From positions 15,936,001 through 15,996,000 of the forward strand of contig OZ076409.1 in the NCBI GenBank assembly GCA_964187785.1: DNA of 60,000 bases, written 5' to 3'. Of this stretch, positions 1 to 12,758 are shown piece after piece. Source of the DNA: Amphiscolops sp. MND2022 (lineage: Eukaryota). Numbering within the stretch: position 1 is the first letter of the stretch; the number at the start of each line of letters is the position of its first letter. The position numbers were made by a program, and so were the translations under genes. The notes under the pieces are model-generated. The model was not told the origin of the DNA. It did no database searches and was given only the letters and a program-made list of their open reading frames with translations.

Positions 1-2
1 AG

Positions 3-324
3 CTCAGTTCTCTGGTTTACTGCCACCGTTTCCGAACACCGAACATTTTTGATGCTTTGAATGTTTTAGAAACCGATTATAACATCAAAGTATTCAACGT
101 TGTAAAAGATTTCATCTCATCAAAAAAGCAGAAAGATCCCCAGTTACTGAAAAAATTTAAAGCATTACACCAGAGTGCTGAGCTTGAACTGAAGAACCTT
201 GACCTTCTTTTACGTAAAAGAGAATGAATTATCATCTATAAAAGATAAAAGCCGTCCAAAAAGGCCCAGCAAGCGTGCCCGAAACGCTAGCAAAAAGGCT
301 CTTTTAACCTCCTCGTTTCAGTGA
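3..324 (+). pseudogene. Possible accessory ORF upstream of gag, 5'-truncated by the window edge, probably frameshifted near 218
   Basis: Frame open from 3 to 227 (LSSLVYCHRF...LKNLDLLLRKRE*). One extra A in the run at ~216-219 would continue it into a basic tail ENELSSIKDKSRPKRPSKRARNASKK...Q*. Confidence 0.3.
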
Positions 325-556
325 ACCCCCTTTCCCCTTCTTCGTCGCTCTTGTGGAGACGGTGTCCAAACTTCATTGTTTGGTTGAAGTCTTTACAAGC
401 CGTTAGGAGTCCATACTGTCAAAGTAGTGTCCAGACTTGATTGTTTGGTTGAAACTCTGGCAGTATTGTCCTGGTAAGCCCTCTTTCTTCCGAGACCGCG
501 TTTTTAACGCACCTTTGAGTTCTTTGTCCGTCGTCCCCGTAGTCTAACACTACTTT

Positions 557-3500
557 TAACTTTAAACAAAAACAAAAATCACGCTTCAAGCAGAAGCACC
601 GCTATCGGACCGTAACGTTAGGGTAAAGCAGTGTCCTAATCGTTGTCAAATACTCTTTCTGGACTGTGTCCGAACTTAGTTGTTCGGTTGACGTCCAGTA
701 AAGACTGAGTTAACCCCAATTTTCCCGAATTCAACAAAACAGTACCAAAACCGAATCCCACAACTCTCTTGTCATTTGACCTAAGTACCGAACTGTTGTC
801 AATGGCTGATTCTGTTGCAGAGAAGATCCAGAAACTGTTCGACGGTCGTCTAAAGACTGAAACAGAATTGAAAAAAGTTCAAAACGAGATCGTTGATGCC
901 GTGAACAACTCCGAACGTCGTGTCCGCGTGGAACGATTGGTAACATCTTGTGATGAATTATTGTCCGAAGCATTTTCGAAAAATGAGCAGCTTTTGGAAC
1001 TTGCGAAAAAAAACCAATGACCCTGCATCAACATCTGCAGACCTGGAAAAATGGTTACATGAGACAACTGTGATTAATGACGAAATCCTGAAAAAGGCTA
1101 GAGATTACATTGACGAGCATCCTCAGTCGGAAAAACTATCACAGAACTCACGGTAAACCACCACCGTCAGGACTAAATCCAACAAAGCATCCAGCTCTAA
1201 GTCGTCAAAGACGTTGAGTCAGCGGCAACGTGACCTGATCATTGCCCAACAACGTCGAGAGGAGATCGAAAAACAGAATGAAGCATCTCTACGTTTGGCG
1301 AGACAGAAACAAGAGCTAGAGCTTGAAAGACAGGAACTAGAGATAGAAAAAATGAGAGAAGAACAGGAACGACTCCGAAAAAATCAAGAACGACTTCGCA
1401 AAGAACAAGAGTTGAGAGTACTGGAACTAGAGGAAGAAAATAGAAAGCGACTCGCTGGAGCAACTTTAGCCGAATTGGAGCTCCGAGAGGATCTGTCCGA
1501 CCTCAACGCCGACTTTCACGACACTTTGTCGCGATTAAGTGCCACAAGTCACAAGGCCGAGACACAACGCATCCACGAGTGGATTATCAATTCACCGAAT
1601 GTAGCCGAAACTAACATTCAGTCTACTAGTGAAGCACCAGGAACGTCAGCTCCATTTGGAACATTAAATACCCACACTACAGTTCCTCCCCCGCAAACTG
1701 CAGAGAACCAAGCGATCACGGAAGCAGTTATGACAACAACCGAAGTCACAGGTGGGCTGATACTAACTGCTAGTGTCCCACAGACACCTACAAGTACTCT
1801 GCCCGTACCAACTTCTCTTCAAGTCGCACCTCCAACTTTTTCTCCGACCGGAGTTCCTGCGGTATCGGTACCTTCTCTCACCGTACCCATGACGAGTTCA
1901 ACAACATCAACCCGAAACATTAACACCCCGAACCAGGCGGCCCCGCAGCTACTGTCCACACTATTCAACCCAGCAACGTCAGTACCTGTCAGCCACATAC
2001 TTCCTAACTTGTCCGCATGGACATTTCCGACAGTAACCACCAACCCTCCCACACAACTGAGAACACCTTTACAAACGAGCCAACCGACGATTACCGCCAC
2101 AGCGACAACATCAATTGGAAGCGCCCCAGTAACCACGATGCCCGTAATGCCTGTAGCTCATGGAGGGACAGTCTTCTACGTACCACCGTCAGCAGCTACA
2201 GTTCCGACCCCAATTCCTACAATTGTTCAGCCGTCGTCATCATTCCCTAGTGCAACTGCAGCACCATTTATACCATCAGGATCAAGTGCGGTACTGCAAC
2301 CAAGCCCTACACACTTCAGTCTTCAAGATGTTGCGCAGCTACTAGCTTCAACAAAAAAAGACCACCTACCAGAGTGGAAATTGTCTGAATACAATAGGGA
2401 CCCGATTCATTGGCACGAATGGTTCGGACAGTTCAAGAGCGCCATTGACTCGGCTCAACTGTCAGATGATGTCAAGCTGACTTATCTGAAAACTCTGGTA
2501 ACTGGAAAGGCCAAAGTCGCAATAGCAGAATTCGCCTACTGCGGAGCTATGTACAAGGACGCCCTCAAGACACTGTAAAGCGCAGCCTAGACCGACCGAC
2601 ATTGATTGATTTCAACGATTGGCTGAAAGATAAAGCCGAAGCCCACGAACGTATGAAAACGGCTTCAGGCAAAGTCAAAGGCGACGAAAATGTTTCTAAC
2701 ACCGCAACGAAGACAAAGACAACTTCCAAAGTTTTTGCTGCAACGACCTCAACGAACCAAACGAATGCCCAAGTGAAATCGAAACCCGGAAACATGCCGC
2801 CCAATTGTGTAGCTTGCAAAGAGAAACACCCACTGTGGAGATGCCCCGTGTTCAGAAACAAAACACCCACAGAGAGAGCAAAACTAGTTGCCGACAACAA
2901 GCTTTGCTTCTCTTGTTTTCGAGCTAATCATTCATTCAAACAGTGCCCCAGCCCCGCAAATGCACTAAAGAAGGTTGTGAAAGCTCCCACAACATATTTC
3001 TTCACGGTGCCGAACGAGTTTTTCCGAAAAAATCCGAGACACCGAATAGAAAGAAGCCTGAAACTTCGACCTGTATTGGAACAAGAAAGACGAACGACCA
3101 CGTTGCAGAGAGCTCAGGAATGCCTTCAGTTGTAGATGTTAAAGGACTCCTTCAAATAACAGAAGTAGAAATACACTTCAACGAACGATCAGAAAGGGTT
3201 TTAGCACTCTGTGATTCAGCCTGCAGCCACTCTTGGATTTCATCAAGGCTAGCTGACAAACTGACTGTAAAGGGCACACCGACGAAGTTGACAGTGCATG
3301 GCATCAACTGCCATCAAGTTGTAAACACTCAAATGGTGGAGCTCAAGTTGACACCGGTTCATTCGGGTGGCTCTTGCTCCTCCTTTGCCATCAAACCATA
3401 TGTGAGAGACGATCTTCAAGTTGGAACCGATGTTATAGACGTAGAATCACTGAAAACAATGTACCCCCATTTAGAACCAATTCCTTTGAAGAAGTACAGC

Positions 3501-6500
3501 TATGCTGATGTTGACATGATCCTGGGTCAGGACGTGTTCCACTTTATCCGCCCACTGGAGTATTTCGATTCCGACCGTAAAAACACTCCAGTCGCCGTCC
3601 GTTTATCGTTGGGCTGGGTATTAAGTGGACCGCTACCATCGACTTCGGGGTTGTTCTCGACATGTTTCAAAGCTGTTACAACGAACAAAGACACTTATTC
3701 TGAACTGGCCGAACAACTCCGCAGCTGGCATGACATAGAATCATACGGAGCTTTTAAGCAAGTAGACTCTCGTTCCGCAGCCGATGCGAGGGCGGAGAAA
3801 ATACTTGAGGCAACCACATACCATGACGGGTCCCGATACCAAGTTGGTATGTTGTGGGCAGAAGACGAAAGTAATTTGCCGAATAATTACTTTTCAGCCC
3901 TTGTTCAACTGAAATCCCTCGAACGCCGTCTTGGGAAAGACGCGGAGTTGAAAGAACGGTACACTCAGACAATCAAAGAGGACTTTTCGAAAGGATACAT
4001 TGTCGAAGTAGACAAATCCGACTGTTTCAAGATGAGTAACGCACGTGAGTGGTATTTACCGCACCACCCAGTAGTCCATCCACATAACTTTAAACAAAAA
4101 CAAAAATCACGCTTCAAGCAGAAGCACCGCTATCGGACCGTAACGTTAGGGTAAAGCAGTGTCCTAATCGTTGTCAAATACTCTTTCTGGACTGTGTCCG
4201 AACTTAGTTGTTCGGTTGACGTCCAGTAAAGACTGAGTTAACCCCAATTTTCCCGAATTCAACAAAACAGTACCAAAACCGAATCCCACAACTCTCTTGT
4301 CATTTGACCTAAGTACCGAACTGTTGTCAATGGCTGATTCTGTTGCAGAGAAGCTCCAGAAACTGTTCGACGGTCGTCTAAAGACTGAAACAGAATTGAA
4401 AAAAGTTCAAAACGAGATCGTTGATGCCGTGAACAACTCCGAACGTCGTGTCCGCGTGGAACGATTGGTAACATCTTGTGATGAATTATTGTCCGAAGCA
4501 TTTTCGAAAAATGAGCAGCTTTTGGAACTTGCGAAAAAAAACCAATGACCCTGCATCAACATCTGCAGACCTGGAAAAATGGTTACATGAGACAACTGTG
4601 ATTAATGACGAAATCCTGAAAAAGGCTAGAGATTACATTGACGAGCATCCTCAGTCGGAAAAACTATCACAGAACTCACGGTAAACCACCACCGTCAGGA
4701 CTAAATCCAACAAAGCATCCAGCTCTAAGTCGTCAAAGACGTTGAGTCAGCGGCAACGTGACCTGATCATTGCCCAATAACGTCGAGAGGAGATCGAAAA
4801 ACAGAATGAAGCATCTCTACGTTTGGCGAGACAGAAACAAGAGCTAGAGCTTGAAAGACAGGAACTAGAGATAGAAAAAATGAGAGAAGAACAGGAACGA
4901 CTCCGAAAAAATCAAGAACGACTTCGCAAAGAACAAGAGTTGAGAGTACTGGAACTAGAGGAAGAAAATAGAAAGCGACTCGCTGGAGCAACTTTAGCCG
5001 AATTGGAGCTCCGAGAGGATCTGTCCGACCTCAACGCCGACTTTCACGACACTTTGTCGCGATTAAGTGCCACAAGTCACAAGGCCGAGACACAACGCAT
5101 CCACGAGTGGATTATCAATTCACCGAATGTAGCCGAAACTAACATTCAGTCTACTAGTGAAGCACCAGGAACGTCAGCTCCATTTGGAACATTAAATACC
5201 CACACTACAGTTCCTCCCCCGCAAACTGCAGAGAACCAAGCGATCACGGAAGCAGTTATGACAACAACCGAAGTCACAGGTGGGCTGATACTAACTGCTA
5301 GTGTCCCACAGACACCTACAAGTACTCTGCCCGTACCAACTTCTCTTCAAGTCGCACCTCCAACTTTTTCTCCGACCGGAGTTCCTGCGGTATCGGTACC
5401 TTCTCTCACCGTACCCATGACGAGTTCAACAACATCAACCCGAAACATTAACACCCCGAACCAGGCGGCCCCGCAGCTACTGTCCACACTATTCAACCCA
5501 GCAACGTCAGTACCTGTCAGCCACATACTTCCTAACTTGTCCGCATGGACATTTCCGACAGTAACCACCAACCCTCCCACACAACTGAGAACACCTTTAC
5601 AAACGAGCCAACCGACGATTACCGCCACAGCGACAACATCAATTGGAAGCGCCCCAGTAACCACGATGCCCGTAATGCCTGTAGCTCATGGAGGGACAGT
5701 CTTCTACGTACCACCGTCAGCAGCTACAGTTCCGACCCCAATTCCTACAATTGTTCAGCCGTCGTCATCATTCCCTAGTGCAACTGCAGCACCATTTATA
5801 CCATCAGGATCAAGTGCGGTACTGCAACCAAGCCCTACACACTTCAGTCTTCAAGATGTTGCGCAGCTACTAGCTTCAACAAAAAAAGACCACCTACCAG
5901 AGTGGAAATTGTCTGAATACAATAGGGACCCGATTCATTGGCACGAATGGTTCGGACAGTTCAAGAGCGCCATTGACTCGGCTCAACTGTCAGATGATGT
6001 CAAGCTGACTTATCTGAAAACTCTGGTAACTGGAAAGGCCAAAGTCGCAATAGCAGAATTCGCCTACTGCGGAGCTATGTACAAGGACGCCCTCAAGACA
6101 CTGTAAAGCGCAGCCTAGACCGACCGACATTGATTGATTTCAACGATTGGCTGAAAGATAAAGCCGAAGCCCACGAACGTATGAAAACGGCTTCAGGCAA
6201 AGTCAAAGGCGACGAAAATGTTTCTAACACCGCAACGAAGACAAAGACAACTTCCAAAGTTTTTGCTGCAACGACCTCAACGAACCAAACGAATGCCCAA
6301 GTGAAATCGAAACCCGGAAACATGCCGCCCAATTGTGTAGCTTGCAAAGAGAAACACCCACTGTGGAGATGCCCCGTGTTCAGAAACAAAACACCCACAG
6401 AGAGAGCAAAACTAGTTGCCGACAACAAGCTTTGCTTCTCTTGTTTTCGAGCTAATCATTCATTCAAACAGTGCCCCAGCCCCGCAAATGCACTAAAGAA

Positions 6501-7613
6501 GGTTGTGAAAGCTCCCACAACATATTTCTTCACGGTGCCGAACGAGTTTTTCCGAAAAAATCCGAGACACCGAATAGAAAGAAGCCTGAAACTTCGACCT
6601 GTATTGGAACAACAAAGACGAACGACCACGTTGCAGAGAGCTCAGGAATGCCTTCAGTTGTAGATGTTAAAGGACTCCTTCAAATAACAGAAGTAGAAAT
6701 ACACTTCAACGAACGATCAGAAAGGGTTTTAGCACTCTGTGATTCAGCCTGCAGCCACTCTTGGATTTCATCAAGGCTAGCTGACAAACTGACTGTAAAG
6801 GGCACACCGACGAAGTTGACAGTGCATGGCATCAACTGCCATCAAGTTGTAAACACTCAAATGGTGGAGCTCAAGTTGACACCGGTTCATTCGGGTGGCT
6901 CTTGCTCCTCCTTTGCCATCAAACCATATGTGAGAGACGATCTTCAAGTTGGAACCGATGTTATAGACGTAGAATCACTGAAAACAATGTACCCCCATTT
7001 AGAACCAATTCCTTTGAAGAAGTACAGCTATGCTGATGTTGACATGATCCTGGGTCAGGACGTGTTCCACTTTATCCGCCCACTGGAGTATTTCGATTCC
7101 GACCGTAAAAACACTCCAGTCGCCGTCCGTTTATCGTTGGGCTGGGTATTAAGTGGACCGCTACCATCGACTTCGGGGTTGTTCTCGACATGTTTCAAAG
7201 CTGTTACAACGAACAAAGACACTTATTCTGAACTGGCCGAACAACTCCGCAGCTGGCATGACATAGAATCATACGGAGCTTTTAAGCAAGTACTCTCGTT
7301 CCGCAGCCGATGCGAGGGCGGAGAAAATACTTGAGGCAACCACATACCATGACGGGTCCCGATACCAAGTTGGTATGTTGTGGGCAGAAGACGAAAGTAA
7401 TTTGCCGAATAATTACTTTTCAGCCCTTGTTCAACTGAAATCCCTCGAACGCCGTCTTGGGAAAGACGCGGAGTTGAAAGAACGGTACACTCAGACAATC
7501 AAAGAGGACTTTTCGAAAGGATACATTGTCGAAGTAGACAAATCCGACTGTTTCAAGATGAGTAACGCACGTGAGTGGTATTTACCGCACCACCCAGTAG
7601 TCCATCCACATAA
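557..7613 (+). repeat. Near-identical 3528-bp direct tandem duplication (557-4087 and 4085-7613)
   Basis: All ORFs recur at a +3528 offset. The junction at 4085-4087 has TAA microhomology. I saw 3 substitutions and one 2-bp deletion between the copies. Confidence 0.97.
769..4087 (+). pseudogene. Bel/Pao gag-protease-RT(N-term), copy 1, disrupted
   Basis: ORF pieces 769-1020, 950-1156, 1214-2578, 2602-3135 and 2943-4154 are linked by frameshifts and stops. The copy is cut at the WYLPHHPVVHPH motif by the duplication junction. Confidence 0.9.
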
Positions 7614-10593
7614 ACCGGGTAAAGTTCGACGTGTGTTGAACGGCGCTGCCAAGTTTCAGGGCCAGTCCCTGAATAACGCACTTTTGACCGGACCGGACTT
7701 ACTACAAAGCCTTATTCATATTCTATTCCGATTTCGACAATATCCACATGCCGTGTCCGCCGACATTGAGGGAATGTTCCTTCAAGTTGGAGTAATTCCA
7801 GAAGACAGACCGTCACTTCGATTCTTGTGGCGTGAAGACCCAGCCTCCGAAATTGCTGTTTACCAATATATTCGACATATATTTGGTTCCAAAAGCTCGC
7901 CAACGTGTGCGAACTACGCCTTGAGGCGGACAGCAACAGACAACAAAGCAACGTTTCCCGAAGCCGCCAGAATTGTCCTTAATAACTTTTACATGGATGA
8001 CTACCTTGAATCGAGTTTAACTGTTGAAGACGCGACCCGGAAAGCCGAAGATCTAGTAACATTACTTTCGCTCGGAGGTTTCAAGTTAACAAAGTTTGTT
8101 TCAAATGTTCCGTCGATCCCAGCAAAGCTCGAACCCGGCTCCAATGCGCCAACAGGAGTAAAGGAAATTCCAAATACCGAAGGTTCTTCACATGTGTTAG
8201 GACTGAAATGGAACCATTCCACAGACACTCTAGTTGTCAGCCGTGGAACGAAACCTGACGTAAAGCCGAACGTGACGCAAAGAGTTGTACTAAGTCTGGT
8301 ATCCGCAGGGTACGACCCCATTGGTCTTGTCGCTCCTTACACAGTAAAAGCCCGACTACTACTCAAGGACATCTGGCGATTGAATGGTCAACAATGGGAC
8401 GACGAGTTACCACCGGATCTTGTCACAAAGTTCACCGAGTGGAGTAAAGAACTTCCAACCCTGAGTGACATCACAATTCCTCGAGCATACTTCGTCGGAA
8501 AGATCGAAGCGCTGGAGTTACATTTGTTCGGCGACAGCTCACATGAGGTGTTCAGCGCGGTAGCTTTCCTTCGAGCAAAAGTCACAGCCAAAGATAGTGG
8601 GCCAACAACGGAATTAGCCTTTGTTTTTGGAAAAGCCAGGGTAGCACCCATGAAAGCCTTGACGATTCCTAAGCTTGAACTTCAAGCCTCATTACTCGCC
8701 TCGAGACTGAAAAAGGAAATCCAACGTGCTCTGACAATGGAAATAGACAAAGTTTTCATGTGGACAGATAGCACCACGGTTCTACAATGGATTCACTCAA
8801 TAGAAAAGCAGCCAGTCTTCGTAGCGAACTGCGTTGCGGAGATACTAGAGCTCACAACAACTGACGAGTGGAACTACGTTCAATCTTGTGATAATCCCTC
8901 TGATGCAGGCACTCGAGGACTCTCAGCGACGGCATTACCAAACAGCATCTGGCTGAAAAGACCGAATTTCTTGAAAAATTCTTATTGGCCTTTTAGGCCG
9001 TCGGAAAACTCGCCGTTCAAAGTTAAACAACGGAAAGAAGCTTCTAGTGGAGAAAAGCCATCTTTTGGAGACGAGACTGTCCTCAACGCTAATGCAGGCA
9101 TTAACACATCAACTTTCGAGTGGCAGAAGTACAGCTCTTACGAGAAACTCCTGCGTGTTTCCGCCTACATCTTGCGCCTTCTTCCAAAGAATGAGGCTTA
9201 CAGCTCCATTACGGGTGCCATTATCGACCCAAGTCAGCTCGAAAAAGCCCAATTGAAATTATTCTATATTACGCAATCCGAATCCTTTCCCACAGAGAAA
9301 AAGAACTTACTGAAAAACTCCCCCCTCAGTAGTTCTTCAAAAATCCTACAGTTTTCCCCTTTCATTGGACCCCAAGGCTTACTTCGGGCAACAGGTAGAA
9401 CAAAGAAACTCGATGTTTCAAGTTTTGACGCCAAACATCCTATTTTACTTGATAGTCATCATCCAGTTACACGCTTGTTCCTCGAAAACTTACACAGGAC
9501 CAATTGCCATCAGGGCGTGGACTACTTGAGGGCGTTGGTGCAGCAACAGTTCGCCATCGTCAAGCTCAGAGCCGCTCTGAGAACAATTGTTCTACGATGT
9601 GTAACTTGTCGTAAACGCCGGGCTGAGACCCTCAGTCCGATGATGGCAGACCTACCGCGAGAAAGACTAGCCTTTAAGGAGCCCCCCTTCTTTAACACTG
9701 GCGTTGACTACTTCGGCCCTTTCTACGTTTCCATTAAGAGGTCGACAGAAAAACGATGGGGATTCCTGTTTACTTGCTTGACTACGAGAGCTGTCCATTT
9801 GGAAGTCGTGCCGTCAATGGACACTAGCAGCTGTATAATGGGAATAGAAAGGTTCATCGCCCGCCGGGGTATCCCATCAGTTTTATGGTCAGACAACGGA
9901 ACGAATTTCATTGCCAGCGAAAAGGAACTCCTCCAAAACATTTCGAATTGGAATCAGCAACTTTTGACCGAGGCTCTCGTCAAGAAACGTATCTCGTGGA
10001 AGTTTAACCCACCTAGTGCACCACACCATGGTGGTGTTTGGGAACGCGTCGTCAGGAGTTTCAAACACGTTTTTTACGCTGTTCTTGGAAACCGACGCTT
10101 AACTGACGAGATCCTGATAACAACATTTTGCCTTGTAGAGCAAAGTTTGAATGCACGACCACTAGTACCAGCCAGCTCTGATGCTAACGATTTGGACGCT
10201 CTCACCCCAAATCATTTCTTGTTGGGAACTGCGGGTTCCGTCCTACCGTCACATCAGCGAGCCGAAATAGACCATCGCGAGCGGTACGTACGTGCACAAG
10301 CTTATTCTGACGCTATCTGGAATCGATGGTTAAAAGAATACGTTCCCTCACTTAACAAGCGCTCTAAGTGGCCAAGTCAACCGGAACGACAGCTTAAAAC
10401 CGGAGATCTAGTTTGGATAATCGAACCGTCGAGTCCAAGAGGACATTATCCACTAGCTCGCGTGACAAAGTTGAACTTCGGCAGCGATGCTATTGCACGT
10501 TCTGCCGAACTGAAGACCAACACCGGACGTCTTGTTCGCCCCGTCGTGAAGCTGTCCCCAGTCCTTCCCCTTCCCGAAGCCGAACCCTTTTAG
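4297..10593 (+). pseudogene. Bel/Pao gag-pol, copy 2, disrupted; RT-RNase H-integrase open from 7375 to 10593
   Basis: Same lesions as copy 1, plus a CAA>TAA change at ~4778 and a 2-bp deletion at ~7292. The 1072-aa ORF carries YMDD, FGDSS and integrase DDE motifs. Confidence 0.92.
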
Positions 10594-10806
10594 TTGTATC
10601 ATTGTATACTTAACTCCGATGTCGTGAAACGAAATTATTCCCAATAGTAGTAAGAGCCATGTATATCCTTATTTATTTTGTTTATTTCTCAACATGTTAG
10701 CATAAAACCCATGTAATGCGTTCTCATGATACTGAAAAAAATAAAAATAACAACTTTTTTTGTTTTGGCAAAAAAATAATGTTCACATCTTCTTGGGCCC
10801 GGAGGA

Positions 10807-11199
10807 TGTTGCGTGCGCAATTAAATAAGATTAGATTAAATCGTTCATTTTCAAGGCGCTATAGCATAGAGGATGCGCATTAGCCTTCCGATCATTAGAC
10901 CACCGGTTCAGTTCCGGATACCGTCAAATATTTAGTTCCAAAAAATATATTTTGATTTTCGAACTTTGCTATCTCGAAACTTCTTTTGTTTAATAATGTT
11001 TGTAAACAACTCGATGCTCATTTATTTATTTGATATTGTTTATTCGTGGGTTTGAAATATCATTCAGTACGGTTTTCGACTCGAGATAATTAAAGTGTTC
11101 CTCTTTCTCCTTTCAAATAAAAACAGGCTGTATGAATTGAATTACAGTTTCTTTTAGTAGATTTCCTTTGCTAAAGAAAAAAGACCCTTTCAAGCAACA
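10807..11199 (+). repeat. 3' LTR of element 1 (393 bp)
   Basis: Starts TGTTGC directly after the PPT and ends GCAACA (6-bp terminal inverted repeat), with AATAAA at ~11116. The partner LTR is not in the window, so the right end is inferred. Confidence 0.7.
10855..10926 (+). tRNA. 72-nt tRNA-like (Gly-TCC-like) pseudogene inside the LTR
   Basis: Acceptor stem GGCGCTA/TACCGTC pairs 6/7, D-stem GCAT/ATGC, CTTCCGA loop, T-arm CCGG-TTCAGTT-CCGG, with A-box and B-box-like motifs. The anticodon stem is degenerate. Confidence 0.55.
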
Positions 11200-12110
11200 C
11201 AAGATCTCCGCACACTTTTCGTATAACACTCTTTGATATTTTAAAAACAAAATCACCCGTTCTCAGTTTTGAAATTCAAATAATTTTGCTGGTTGTAACT
11301 TTACTACGTTCAAACGCTTGGAATAGCTTCAAGCTTTATATTTTTTCTTAGTGAAGAGAAAGTTAATTATTGAGATAAAACATATAAAAATAGAAAAAAA
11401 ATCAAAAGCAGTAAAGATTATAAAAAAGGCAGAGGGGCATTTAGTAAAGATCATCGAGCCATTGCCATGAAATTAAGTAGCAGCCTTGTGTACTTCGGTC
11501 AAAACCTGCCTGAACCCGAAGTTACAATCTGCATGGCGTAGATCAACGAAAGAAATAGGCTAGAAAGGACAGAAAACTATTCAAATTTAAAACAAGATGC
11601 AATTCCCCTTCTTGAATATACAAAAAACTTTGATTTCAGAAAACCATTCACTTTGACGGTCAGTATATAGACCTTTTCTAATTCTTAACACTTGACGTTT
11701 GTGTTCTCTCTTTTTCTCCCAAACTTGTATTTCGTTGTTTACTTTAGATAGTTACACCAATTTTTATACATGTGCTAGATTCCTGTATAATCCCAACACC
11801 ATTTTCAACATTAGTTGAAGTCTGCTCACCTTGTGATACTCAATTTCGGTTACATTTTACTGCCTCTCAGTATATGGGGAGTCTGTTCTACTAAGTATCA
11901 CAAGCTGAGGAGCTTCTATTTTTCTTCTTTACCACTTTTGACCTCTGGGATTTATTAAAACACAAAAATTGGTCGATGTTTCAGCTCCTTCTCTTAGAAA
12001 ATGAACAAGGTGCATCTCTTAGAGTTACGGTAAGCTCAAGCTCGCGGCTTTCACTTTGTGATGCCGATACCCTGGCGTTCAGATAAAAACTTCAGTTACA
12101 GAAACTGAAA

Positions 12111-12590
12111 AACAAGACGAGAACGTCTAAAGTCGGCGCTATATCGAAGGCTCAAAAAGCGCAAAACATTTTTTGGAGAAAACTTGAAATGGAAAGTTTT
12201 TTCTTTCACAAAATGTCGCAAAGTGCCAAAAACTGTAAAAGGGGGACCCTTTGGGATTTATTAACATACATTAAGTTGCAAAATATCAAAATACTCGAAG
12301 GGCGACCCTTTTGAGACAATAAAAAATTTCGAAAAAAAGTCGCACATCGCCGAAAAAAATTGAAAGGGGACCTCTTAGGCTCGTCCGGTTTTGTAGGTTA
12401 CGTTAAAAAAGTAAAAAATGAAAAGGGGGACCCTTTGAACTAAGTTTGCCTTGTCCGGACTTGGCCTTAGTGGTTTCAGGAGTTTCTTTAGAAAACGGAC
12501 CGATCAGTGTGAGTCTGTGGTCTGAAGAAAAGAAAGGTCACTGTTATAGTCGGACATTTTTCCTTAAAAGGAAAACGCGCCAACTAAAAA
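12111..12590 (-). mobile_element. Non-autonomous Helentron/DINE-like element
   Basis: Hairpin AGACG-AGAA-CGTCT next to subterminal AGTCGGCGCT. The other end is a stem-loop ending CGCCAACTAAAAA. Internal GGGGACCCTTT repeats; A/T-run insertion site. Confidence 0.65.
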
Positions 12591-12758
12591 TAGACTATGA
12601 TTCAAGAATGTCGATCGTTGTTCTCTTATGCACAGTTGCCGCAGATAGCAGCCCCATAATACAGCGTTGAAGTATAATCAAGAAAAAACTGTTGGGTGGC
12701 GCAATTATTAGACATGTTTTTTACAAACTGGTGAACCTCCGCATCATACTGTTCCAAC

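Larger units (their letters stand above)
1..11199 (+). mobile_element. Bel/Pao LTR retrotransposon, decayed; 5' LTR lies outside the window; internal tandem duplication
   Basis: Gag DUF1759-like segment (LPEWKLSEY...WHEWFGQF...KLTYLKTL), three Zn knuckles, protease (LCDSAC), RT (YMDD), Pao RNase H (FGDSS) and integrase (HHCC, DYFGP, SDNG). A PPT-like GGGCCCGGAGGA at 10795-10806 is followed by a TGTTGC...GCAACA LTR. Confidence 0.93.
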
